DNA of 64,000 nt, from the NCBI GenBank assembly GCA_964016885.1, contig OZ024757.1, positions 42,532,001-42,596,000 on the forward strand, in the 5' to 3' direction. The notes below the pieces were generated by a model. The model was not told the DNA's origin. It searched no databases and saw only the letters and a list, made by a program, of their open reading frames with translations. Shown here in pieces: positions 58,187 through 62,575 of the stretch (positions are counted from its first letter, which is position 1; each line of letters starts with the position of its first letter). Source of the stretch: Eledone cirrhosa. Lineage: Eukaryota. The position numbers and the translations under genes were made by a program.

Positions 58187-58391
58187 TTTTTCTCTTCCTC
58201 AGAGTCCCGACAGTCTTCCTACATCTCAGACTTGTTTCTTCCAACTACGGCTGCCAATGTATTCAAGTCAGGAGGTGTTAGCCGAGAAACTGCGTTACGC
58301 CATTAATAACTGTCGTTCTATTGATATGGACAACTATATGCTCACCCGCAACACAGATAATGGACAGGGCTCCGACGAAGATCTCTGCTAG
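1829..58391 (+). CDS. HERC1: HERC1-like giant HECT E3 ubiquitin ligase, 5'-partial, 58 exons in window (listed individually)
   Basis: Spliced peptides match recalled HERC1 motifs in order: [23 protein letters not shown] ([11 protein letters not shown]), UBA-like (LIEMGFS), WD40 repeats, RCC1-like repeats ([12 protein letters not shown]), HECT ending [18 protein letters not shown] boundaries are phase-consistent. Confidence 0.97.
2792..2917 (+). CDS. HERC1: HERC1 exon
   Basis: AG/GT; [24 protein letters not shown]. Confidence 0.95.
3143..3325 (+). CDS. HERC1: HERC1 exon
   Basis: AG/GT; [13 protein letters not shown]. Confidence 0.93.
3974..4132 (+). CDS. HERC1: HERC1 exon
   Basis: AG/GT; [13 protein letters not shown]. 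Confidence 0.9.
4597..4726 (+). CDS. HERC1: HERC1 exon
   Basis: AG/GT; [16 protein letters not shown] (not in ORF track). Confidence 0.85.
5164..5358 (+). CDS. HERC1: HERC1 exon
   Basis: AG/GT; [14 protein letters not shown]. Confidence 0.88.
5646..5837 (+). CDS. HERC1: HERC1 exon
   Basis: AG/GT; [18 protein letters not shown]. Confidence 0.92.
6020..6780. repeat. 32-bp minisatellite, ~24 copies
   Basis: Unit ATAACCACACCCCTCTCACCCATCACCACTCT. Confidence 0.95.
6801..6980 (+). CDS. HERC1: HERC1 exon
   Basis: AG/GT; [11 protein letters not shown], phase consistent. Confidence 0.85.
7074..7185 (+). CDS. HERC1: HERC1 exon
   Basis: AG/GT; [15 protein letters not shown]. Confidence 0.9.
7919..8130 (+). 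CDS. HERC1: HERC1 exon
   Basis: AG/GT; [19 protein letters not shown]. Confidence 0.85.
8627..8755 (+). CDS. HERC1: HERC1 exon
   Basis: AG/GT; [16 protein letters not shown]. Confidence 0.88.
8835..9000. mobile_element. hAT-like MITE
   Basis: Imperfect TIRs CAGGGCCGGGTTTA / TAAATCTAGCACTG. Confidence 0.6.
9007..9215 (+). mobile_element. tRNA-derived SINE (family B)
   Basis: B box GGGTTCAATTCC then CTTGAGCAAAACACTTTATTTCAC core; related copies ~12955, 15015(-), 27395(-), 29170(-), 40975, 46335. Confidence 0.75.
9389..9445 (+). CDS. HERC1: HERC1 small exon
   Basis: AG/GT, phase consistent; [18 protein letters not shown]; low conservation. Confidence 0.65.
9869..10066. mobile_element. piggyBac-like MITE
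   Basis: TTAA on both flanks; TIRs CCCTTTACCATTTA / TAAATGCTAAAGGG. Confidence 0.7.
10160..10296 (+). CDS. HERC1: HERC1 exon
   Basis: AG/GT, phase consistent; [16 protein letters not shown]. Confidence 0.7.
10777..10849 (+). CDS. HERC1: HERC1 small exon
   Basis: AG/GT; needed to restore phase; [13 protein letters not shown]. Confidence 0.65.
10958..11917 (+). CDS. HERC1: HERC1 large exon
   Basis: AG/GT; [18 protein letters not shown]. Confidence 0.93.
12748..12891 (+). CDS. HERC1: HERC1 exon
   Basis: AG/GT; [13 protein letters not shown]. Confidence 0.92.
13040..13320. repeat. Degenerate ~100-120-bp tandem/dispersed repeat
   Basis: ATGATAGGACTGGGACCCCTATCATTAAA...GGAGGCCAGCTAAACCTAC; also 14200-14700 and ~46455-46650. 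Confidence 0.75.
13354..13460 (+). CDS. HERC1: HERC1 exon
   Basis: AG/GT; [17 protein letters not shown]. Confidence 0.9.
13720..14034 (+). CDS. HERC1: HERC1 exon (start of SPRY)
   Basis: AG/GT; [19 protein letters not shown]. Confidence 0.93.
14200..14700. repeat. Second array of the same ~100-120-bp repeat
   Basis: 4-5 degenerate units. Confidence 0.75.
14721..14960 (+). CDS. HERC1: HERC1 exon (SPRY)
   Basis: AG/GT; [21 protein letters not shown]. Confidence 0.96.
15241..15713 (+). mobile_element. RTE-like LINE 3' fragment in (TA)n
   Basis: [17 protein letters not shown]...RGRPRKTW, (GAT)n tail. Confidence 0.9.
15824..15907 (+). CDS. HERC1: HERC1 exon (SPRY)
   Basis: AG/GT; [19 protein letters not shown]. 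Confidence 0.95.
16117..16280 (+). mobile_element. tRNA-derived SINE (family A, Meta-domain-like)
   Basis: GAGTTCAAATCC B box; GCCTTTCATCCTTACGGGGTCGATAAAATAAAGTAC core. Confidence 0.8.
16347..16557 (+). CDS. HERC1: HERC1 exon
   Basis: AG/GT; [22 protein letters not shown]. Confidence 0.93.
16905..17115. repeat. 34-bp minisatellite, ~6 copies
   Basis: (CAC)n-CATCTCAGTTATTACATGA unit. Confidence 0.9.
17184..17278 (+). CDS. HERC1: HERC1 exon
   Basis: AG/GT; ends ETLCYE. Confidence 0.85.
17669..19039 (+). mobile_element. 5'-truncated RTE-like LINE with open RT C-terminal frame and embedded PHD finger
   Basis: [17 protein letters not shown]4HC3 finger, [16 protein letters not shown]; stop at 18686; (GAT)n tail; (TA)n on both sides. 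Confidence 0.93.
19325..19488 (+). CDS. HERC1: HERC1 exon
   Basis: AG/GT; [21 protein letters not shown]. Confidence 0.93.
19804..20855 (+). CDS. HERC1: HERC1 large exon
   Basis: AG/GT; [12 protein letters not shown]...[10 protein letters not shown]. Confidence 0.92.
21001..21222 (-). mobile_element. Penelope-like pseudo-LTR with minimal hammerhead (21088-21123)
   Basis: Minus strand TCTT-CTGATGA-AGGACTAGCGTCC-GAAACGTT-AAGA; reverse copy of 1-138. Confidence 0.75.
21272..21506 (+). CDS. HERC1: HERC1 exon
   Basis: AG/GT; [10 protein letters not shown], phase consistent. Confidence 0.8.
21758..21927 (+). CDS. HERC1: HERC1 exon (UBA-like)
   Basis: AG/GT; [19 protein letters not shown]. Confidence 0.9.
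21990..24165. repeat. 38-bp minisatellite, ~57 copies
   Basis: Unit CCTTCCATCTCTCCCCTACCTTGACACCAACAATAGAA with 35-bp variants. Confidence 0.97.
24324..24558 (+). CDS. HERC1: HERC1 exon (UBA-like)
   Basis: AG/GT; [12 protein letters not shown]. Confidence 0.9.
24997..25160 (+). CDS. HERC1: HERC1 exon
   Basis: AG/GT, phase consistent; [10 protein letters not shown]. Confidence 0.78.
25461..25624 (+). CDS. HERC1: HERC1 exon
   Basis: AG/GT, phase consistent; [11 protein letters not shown]. Confidence 0.78.
26106..27097 (+). mobile_element. Penelope-like element 3' remnant
   Basis: [15 protein letters not shown]...[15 protein letters not shown] resembles the PLE GIY-YIG C-terminus; degenerate hammerhead 26987-27087; (TA)n flanks. 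Confidence 0.75.
27686..27794 (+). CDS. HERC1: HERC1 exon (Cys/His motif)
   Basis: AG/GT; [23 protein letters not shown]. Confidence 0.9.
27870..28820 (-). mobile_element. Degenerate RTE-like LINE fragment with PHD finger
   Basis: [10 protein letters not shown]...WPCSICRKG...[12 protein letters not shown]...CSRC; frameshifted; CAT repeats at 3' end, (TA)n at 5' end. Confidence 0.9.
30329..30595. mobile_element. piggyBac-like MITE (AT-rich family; related pieces ~2600-2725, 4155-4450, 5390-5620)
   Basis: TTAA-CCCCTT...AAGGGG-TTAA. Confidence 0.55.
31278..31585. mobile_element. Head-to-head pair of family A SINE fragments
   Basis: Minus copy ~31278-31390, plus copy ~31425-31585. Confidence 0.75.
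32370..33160. repeat. Compound (CT)n/(CA)n-ACAACAG satellite with 312-bp local duplication
   Basis: GTTGATGGTTGTGATGG...TCTTAACAGC block repeated 312 bp later. Confidence 0.9.
33306..33575 (+). CDS. HERC1: HERC1 exon
   Basis: AG/GT; [20 protein letters not shown]. Confidence 0.92.
33727..33915 (+). mobile_element. Full-length family A tRNA-derived SINE
   Basis: A box TGGCAGTATCGG, B box GAGTTCAAATCC, Meta-like core, (ATT)n tail. Confidence 0.85.
34040..34340 (+). mobile_element. Old degenerate RTE-like fragment
   Basis: GATAGCTTC..TATCTAGG...ATGCTGCATGGTAGTGAG...CTGGAGAGAAATGAAGC similar to the other RTE copies. Confidence 0.7.
35211..35402 (+). CDS. HERC1: HERC1 exon
   Basis: AG/GT; [11 protein letters not shown]. 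Confidence 0.88.
36064..36238 (+). CDS. HERC1: HERC1 exon
   Basis: AG/GT; [21 protein letters not shown]. Confidence 0.92.
36518..36746 (+). CDS. HERC1: HERC1 exon
   Basis: AG/GT; [21 protein letters not shown]. Confidence 0.92.
37892..38087 (+). CDS. HERC1: HERC1 exon (3' end uncertain)
   Basis: AG/GT; ELMQAATG...[12 protein letters not shown]; alternative donor after 38039 possible. Confidence 0.82.
38448..38745 (+). CDS. HERC1: HERC1 exon (start of WD40)
   Basis: AG/GT; [12 protein letters not shown]...LEGHQDR. Confidence 0.92.
38751..38935. repeat. 56-bp tandem repeat, ~3.3 copies
   Basis: CCCACTTTATATTAGTAATTTTATTACTGTTCCTCTATCTGTTGCCCACTTATTAG. Confidence 0.9.
39005..39207 (+). CDS. 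HERC1: HERC1 exon (WD40)
   Basis: AG/GT; [10 protein letters not shown]. Confidence 0.93.
39702..39902 (+). CDS. HERC1: HERC1 exon (WD40)
   Basis: AG/GT; HYITAMTWP. Confidence 0.9.
40430..40554 (+). CDS. HERC1: HERC1 exon (WD40)
   Basis: AG/GT; [17 protein letters not shown]. Confidence 0.92.
41207..41409 (+). CDS. HERC1: HERC1 exon (WD40)
   Basis: AG/GT; [12 protein letters not shown]. Confidence 0.9.
41770..42482 (+). CDS. HERC1: HERC1 exon (WD40)
   Basis: AG/GT; [16 protein letters not shown]...[10 protein letters not shown]. Confidence 0.95.
42704..42903. mobile_element. hAT (Charlie-like) MITE
   Basis: TIRs CAGTGTTTTTCAAC / GTTGAGAAACGCTG. Confidence 0.7.
42976..43121 (+). CDS. HERC1: HERC1 exon
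   Basis: AG/GT; [13 protein letters not shown]. Confidence 0.9.
43155..43400. repeat. ~48-bp tandem repeat, ~5 copies
   Basis: TTACCATATTTCTAATGAAAGACACTGTCTATGTCATTAACCCTTTCA. Confidence 0.88.
43564..43755 (+). CDS. HERC1: HERC1 exon (RLD2 start)
   Basis: AG/GT; [19 protein letters not shown]. Confidence 0.94.
44208..44346 (+). CDS. HERC1: HERC1 exon (RCC1-like)
   Basis: AG/GT; [15 protein letters not shown]. Confidence 0.96.
44759..44940 (+). CDS. HERC1: HERC1 exon (RCC1-like)
   Basis: AG/GT; [17 protein letters not shown]. Confidence 0.97.
45423..45578 (+). CDS. HERC1: HERC1 exon (RCC1-like)
   Basis: AG/GT; [11 protein letters not shown]. Confidence 0.96.
45856..46081 (+). CDS. HERC1: HERC1 exon (RCC1-like)
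   Basis: AG/GT; [11 protein letters not shown]. Confidence 0.96.
46913..47157 (+). CDS. HERC1: HERC1 exon (RCC1-like)
   Basis: AG/GT; [12 protein letters not shown]. Confidence 0.95.
47471..47701 (+). CDS. HERC1: HERC1 exon
   Basis: AG/GT; [15 protein letters not shown]. Confidence 0.95.
47863..49870 (+). mobile_element. 5'-truncated, degenerate Tx1/L1-clade LINE ORF2
   Basis: [50 protein letters not shown]-terminal [15 protein letters not shown]; stops and frameshifts; AATAAA end. Confidence 0.92.
50069..50238 (+). CDS. HERC1: HERC1 exon
   Basis: AG/GT; [16 protein letters not shown]. Confidence 0.94.
50425..50812. repeat. 40-bp minisatellite, ~9.5 copies
   Basis: TCCTATCTCCCACTAGATGTCACCACCACTATCCTAACAC. 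Confidence 0.96.
50846..51011 (+). CDS. HERC1: HERC1 exon (HECT)
   Basis: AG/GT; [21 protein letters not shown]. Confidence 0.97.
51186..51262 (+). CDS. HERC1: HERC1 exon (HECT)
   Basis: AG/GT; [15 protein letters not shown]. Confidence 0.94.
51454..51625 (+). CDS. HERC1: HERC1 exon (HECT)
   Basis: AG/GT; [20 protein letters not shown]. Confidence 0.96.
52125..52620. repeat. (TA)n-GATGATGA composite minisatellite
   Basis: ~25-29-bp units, ~18 copies. Confidence 0.9.
52729..52778 (-). ncRNA. Minimal hammerhead ribozyme motif with 1-nt core insertion
   Basis: ACAGG-CTG(C)ATGA-GTTGG...CCAAC-GAAA-CTTAAG-TA-CCTGT. Confidence 0.65.
52930..53010 (+). CDS. HERC1: HERC1 exon (HECT)
   Basis: AG/GT; [13 protein letters not shown]. 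Confidence 0.92.
53446..53598 (+). CDS. HERC1: HERC1 exon (HECT)
   Basis: AG/GT; [12 protein letters not shown]...YRLHEMDKQ. Confidence 0.95.
53843..54507 (-). mobile_element. Retrozyme-like non-autonomous element, 629-bp unit plus ~36-bp terminal redundancy
   Basis: ATATAAATGAGAGGTATAGAGATTGTTTTAG(C/T)GAGA at both ends; contains a complete hammerhead. Confidence 0.75.
54101..54181 (-). ncRNA. Type I hammerhead ribozyme (complete)
   Basis: GCUCUG-CUGAUGA-AUGAAA..UUUCAU-GAAA-UAGUC-UUUUAA-GACUA-UA-CAGAGC; all three stems pair. Confidence 0.9.
54594..54772 (-). mobile_element. Family A tRNA-derived SINE
   Basis: Reverse complement of 33727-33915. Confidence 0.85.
55283..55416 (+). CDS. HERC1: HERC1 exon (HECT)
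   Basis: AG/GT; [17 protein letters not shown]. Confidence 0.96.
56103..56320. repeat. Long inverted repeat made of two hammerhead-bearing pLTR-like arms
   Basis: ~95-bp arms; plus-strand TCATT-CTGACGA...GAAA-CTGG-TA-AATGA at ~56230-56286. Confidence 0.8.
56640..57494 (-). mobile_element. Penelope-like element fragment (GIY-YIG endonuclease)
   Basis: [10 protein letters not shown]...KVVEKPG...CTNRKCIIC...NVVYSIRC...[16 protein letters not shown]; CTGACGA..GAAA motif downstream (~56650-56690). Confidence 0.85.
57616..57787 (+). CDS. HERC1: HERC1 exon (HECT)
   Basis: AG/GT; WFWKVLETF...[10 protein letters not shown]. Confidence 0.96.
58203..58391 (+). CDS. HERC1: HERC1 terminal exon with catalytic Cys
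   Basis: AG acceptor; [17 protein letters not shown] stop. Confidence 0.97.
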   Translation, partial: SPDSLPTSQTCFFQLRLPMYSSQEVLAEKLRYAINNCRSIDMDNYMLTRNTDNGQGSDEDLC

Positions 58392-58583
58392 CTTCTAGAA
58401 ATGTTCTATTGTAAATTTTTATTTATTTTTAATTTTTATTTTTTATTATTATTATTTTTTTTTTTTTTTTGCCAGCTATGAGACTTTGGTGACTGAAGTC
58501 ATTAAGCCTCTATCTCCTCTCCCTGTGTCTCAATGGTGCTTAGTGTCATCTCTAGATGCTATCATTGTACAATCTGCAAATTA

Positions 58584-58589
58584 AATAAA
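58584..58589 (+). terminator. Candidate HERC1 polyadenylation signal
   Basis: AATAAA ~190 nt after the stop codon, followed by a T-rich tract. Confidence 0.5.
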
Positions 58590-58637
58590 CTATTTATATC
58601 ATCAGCAACTTTCATCTTTTTTCTTCCGTCTTTATTC

Positions 58638-59381
58638 TGGCCGGAGTATCGCTAAAAAGCTTTCTCCGATAATGTATTTATTTATTTACTCTTGGTGCAA
58701 CAGATTTGAAATTCCCGGTATAAGGTTAGACTTTCTTTGTTTATTTTTTTATATATGAATATTGATTGTTTCTTATATCTCATTCTGTTATTTTGCCCGA
58801 GAAAATATCTGTGCGTGTCATCAAACGTTGTACACACATAGATATTTTTTCAAGTTCCAATTGAGTTCTAGCACGTGGCCTGAATTCCTTTTAGAGTTCA
58901 TTGTCATGCGCATGTATTGTTTTTTTGGCAGTAATTTATTTCCTCATTTTTGAATCAGTTTGAGTATTTCTTTAGAACTGCTGGACTAGCAACCTAACAG
59001 ATACGTCAGGCACTGATTATGATTATCGCTAAATACTGATGTTGGTTAGATTATCAATATTAGTATTATTGGGGCACCCACTGATGAATTATAGGAGCCC
59101 ACTTGAATATATTTCTATTGATGGTATACAAGCTCCTACATAAATTGGTATAATTTCACCCAAATTGTAGGAATCCTATAATGAAACGAGACGTCCGTCT
59201 GGGAAGAGATATATTCGATATGTCTCATATGAAATAATACAGCCAATTTTCCACGCAATACATTTAGTTAGCACCCCGAACGCTTAATTAGGAATATACT
59301 CACTTATTTCCTAATGTTTGTTGAGTGAGTTGGATTTTGGCCGGAGTATCGCTAAAAAGCTTTCTCCGATAATGTATTTAT
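58638..59381 (+). mobile_element. Retrozyme-like non-autonomous element, 700-bp unit plus 44-bp terminal redundancy
   Basis: TGGCCGGAGTATCGCTAAAAAGCTTTCTCCGATAATGTATTTAT at 58638 and 59338; contains a complete hammerhead. Confidence 0.78.
59077..59203 (+). ncRNA. Type I hammerhead ribozyme (complete, GUC site)
   Basis: CCCA-CUGAUGA-AUUAUAGGA...UCCUAUAAU-GAAA-CG-AGACGUC-CG-UC-UGGG. Confidence 0.9.
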
Positions 59382-60752
59382 CTATATATATATATTTCTA
59401 TCTTATATATATATTTATATATATATCTATATATATATATAAAATAATTGTTTCTATTTTAGGCACAAGGCCAGCAATTACCCAGTACATTACTGGTACT
59501 TTATTTTATCGACCCCGTAAGGATTTTATATATATAAAATAATAAATCGATAACAGAAAAATTGATACAGAAGCGTCATCAAAGTTTTTTTCGAAAGATG
59601 ACTATTTCATCAATTTTTTTTTTTTTTTTTTGTCAGATTTGCTAGAAAGAGCAGTCAAACTTCTCCCCCATGCCATTTCAAAACATGAAGGGTAGATCTA
59701 GTCTTAGATGCCCACTGGATGGTCACTATTGGAATTTCTTTTGGGTCGTTTTCCTCAGCCAGGAGGCTGACCTGGAAGCTTAATAAATATTTTGTTCTCC
59801 ACGCCTCGTATTTTTGTGGCATCGTATATACACACTGAGGTTTTTACAGGGAGAAAAAAGGTTTTGGTATTTTCACTGTAATGGAAGTCGAAAATTAGGA
59901 TTATACCAAAACTAGTTGGCCGCTTTCATGATTCGGAGGGAATTTGTCTGCTATTTCTAGTAGATGATGCGAATATGTAATAAAAAGATATTGTTGTTTA
60001 TTTAACCCTGGACGATGAAAACAATGTATAATCAAAGTGAATCCATCCGTGACCATTGTGAATTTAGTGGCATCAAAGATTACATGCGTCCTTCATTGTT
60101 TAAGATGACGGGAGAAAAATATAGGGAGACAGGTGGTACTATTAAATTAGATATGGCCTGGGCCAATACTGGCCGAAACCTATCAAAGTTAAGACAATTT
60201 GCTGCTATTTCTAACACATGGGTCGGAATTTCTTTTTAAGGGAGACAACTCTTGGGGGCGGAGGTTTCTAGAAAATTTGATAAAATTTTCAGGTGTCCGA
60301 TAACCTGTATCAATTTTTCACACATATTTGAATATATAAAAATAAGCCCTTCGAAGCACTCGGTTCTGTTACGAGGTCCGCCAACGTGTGGGTTGTATTC
60401 TGGACTTAATAAAGTTTGTACATATGCTGCAACACTGTCTTCGATTTTACATAATCTCTCGCTCATATATATATATATTATATATTTAGGTTTGTTGGTT
60501 CACCACTGGATAGAACTGGTCATTCCGTATGGTCAACCTCGATGTAACATTATGGAGAGGACTCAACGTAATGCAACTCACCCGTCTTCGTTTGTGTAGT
60601 TGGTGGTGCGAGTACGGAGTTAATTATTATAAGATAACAGCTTCTACCCCGCGGCCAACCGGGGTAGAAGCTGCTAAATGTTCGGTCGCCCTCATGTCTC
60701 TGATTTTCAGCCCCATGGGTTTTGTCTATTATATTCCTTTGTTATATTTCGA

Positions 60753-60810
60753 ATACCTGATGATGTCACCGGATTCATACTGAACCCGGTCATTGAAATG
60801 ATCATAGTAT
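60753..60810 (+). ncRNA. Minimal hammerhead ribozyme with palindromic stem III, followed by AATAAA
   Basis: ATAC-CTGATGA-..ACCGG..TTCA-TAC-TGAA..CCGGT..-GAAA-TGATCA-TA-GTAT-AATAAA. Confidence 0.75.
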
Positions 60811-61008
60811 AATAAACCTTTTAAGGAATTACACCAGTCCAGCCTCCTGTTATTTTATAATATATACATATATATATATATATATATTGTGTTTGCGAGT
60901 CAACTCGCATTGAAATACGTTCATATAAAACATTGGGCCTAAGCTAACCTTTACGAGTGACTTTAATTAGTGAGACACCGGTTACACAGTTCCGGTGTTC
61001 AGTGAAAC

Positions 61009-62415
61009 ATGGAGATGTCTCAATCCAGACAAGATTCTTTCCCGGCTCAAATTAAACTGAATAGTGAAGTTGTAGAATATCTGTTAAGGGGATCTTTTAA
61101 TACTTTGAAGTCTGCTGAAGATGATAGAAACAATTGTGAGAAAGAAATCAGTCGAATTCTTCGTGTCCTTCCATTGCCGCCTCTTTTTACTGTGGTACGT
61201 CTGAATACCCTGAAAGACGACCCCGAATCTCTTCTGGTTCTCCTCAAGAAACAATTAATAGAAAACCACAGACACAGAGCTGTACAACTAGCTGAACCTT
61301 TTTTCCACCCTCTCATGCCCGATGTTGTTATAATACCAAATATTGGACCAGTTGAAGAGATCAAGAGACAAAGAGGGCAAGTAGTTGTTGATCACTCGTG
61401 TGGTATGTCTGTTTTAAGAGGATCGGAAATATTTGTTCAAGGAATCATTGGTGCTCCTTTAGACATGGGTCCCGGCGATAATGTTTCATTATTTGTCGAC
61501 ATGGAAGGAACTTGTCTCCGCGGACAAACACAACCTTTGAAAGGGGAGAAGATATTTCTCGGGAACGGTTTATCAATGGTGAGCCGCAGTCAAATCTTCC
61601 GCGATTCATCGTCAGATCGTGTTTTATCAGGAGTTGGTATATCCGTAACGAATGGCCTTTACTCGGCTCCGAGACTGGACAATTTAGACCCTCATCTCGT
61701 ATTTCCTCAAAATCTTCCCTCGGCTGTTTGTAGTTACGTGTTAAACCCTCAACCTAACGAAGTTATCTTAGACATGTGTGCTGCTCCAGGTGGTAAAACC
61801 ACACACATTGCCACACTGATGAGAAACGAAGGCCGTTTAGTAGCAATAGATCGCACTAAACCCAAAGCAGAGCGGCTGAGCTTTTTAGTATCTAAATGGT
61901 GTTTAACCTGTGTTGAGGTTTATGCATTTGATTCCACAAAATTACTCCAAGACTCTGCAGAAGTAACTAAAGGCCCTCCCTACCCACCAGAGTCATTCGA
62001 TCGTATTTTACTCGATGCTCCGTGCAGTGCTCTCGGCCAGAGACCCTCCTGTCGTAACATGATGTCTTTATCAACATTGAAATCATTCCCAGTTTATCAA
62101 CGGAAATTAATTCGTCAAGCCATCGGACTTCTGAAGAGAGGCGGTAGTTTAGTCTACAGCACTTGTACCATAACTTTGGCTGAGAATGAAGACCAAGTGG
62201 GGTGGATTTTAACCAATTTTCCTAACCTCATCCTTGCAGCTCAGGTGCCTCATGTCGGAGATATTGGCTTAGAAGGTTCTTCCTTGACACCCGAACAACT
62301 TAAATTACTCCAACGATTCAAACCTGACATTTCAAATAATATCAAAGATTCTTTCAACAAAGACACAATCGGCTTCTTTATTGCTAAATTCATTAAAGTG
62401 GAAAATGTCATCTAA
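61009..62415 (+). CDS. NSUN6: tRNA (cytosine-C5) methyltransferase NSUN6, single-exon CDS, 468 aa
   Basis: PUA region (CGMSVLRGSEIFVQGI), PQNLPS, SAM-binding DMCAAPGGKTTH, motif IV FDRILLDAPCS, motif VI VYSTCT, C-terminal DTIGFFIAKF. Confidence 0.95.
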   Translation: MEMSQSRQDSFPAQIKLNSEVVEYLLRGSFNTLKSAEDDRNNCEKEISRILRVLPLPPLFTVVRLNTLKDDPESLLVLLKKQLIENHRHRAVQLAEPFFHPLMPDVVIIPNIGPVEEIKRQRGQVVVDHSCGMSVLRGSEIFVQGIIGAPLDMGPGDNVSLFVDMEGTCLRGQTQPLKGEKIFLGNGLSMVSRSQIFRDSSSDRVLSGVGISVTNGLYSAPRLDNLDPHLVFPQNLPSAVCSYVLNPQPNEVILDMCAAPGGKTTHIATLMRNEGRLVAIDRTKPKAERLSFLVSKWCLTCVEVYAFDSTKLLQDSAEVTKGPPYPPESFDRILLDAPCSALGQRPSCRNMMSLSTLKSFPVYQRKLIRQAIGLLKRGGSLVYSTCTITLAENEDQVGWILTNFPNLILAAQVPHVGDIGLEGSSLTPEQLKLLQRFKPDISNNIKDSFNKDTIGFFIAKFIKVENVI

Positions 62416-62477
62416 TTAAAAATGTTAATTATTTCGACTTCATTCGTCTCATATTTATAAATTAAACAGTTTTTATT

Positions 62478-62575
62478 TGCTGGAGTATTTCACTGGTACT
62501 TTATTTATCGACCTCCCTCAAAGGGATGAAAAGCAAACTTGAGCTTGGACGGGATTTGAACTCAGAATCTAAAGA
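62478..62575 (-). mobile_element. Family A SINE fragment
   Basis: CACTGGTACTTTATTTATCGAC...GGATTTGAACTCAGA. Confidence 0.75.

Noticed and set aside
60015-60783. Short ORFs upstream of NSUN6 as extra coding exons
   Set aside because: No recognisable motifs, and NSUN6 already appears full length from 61009.
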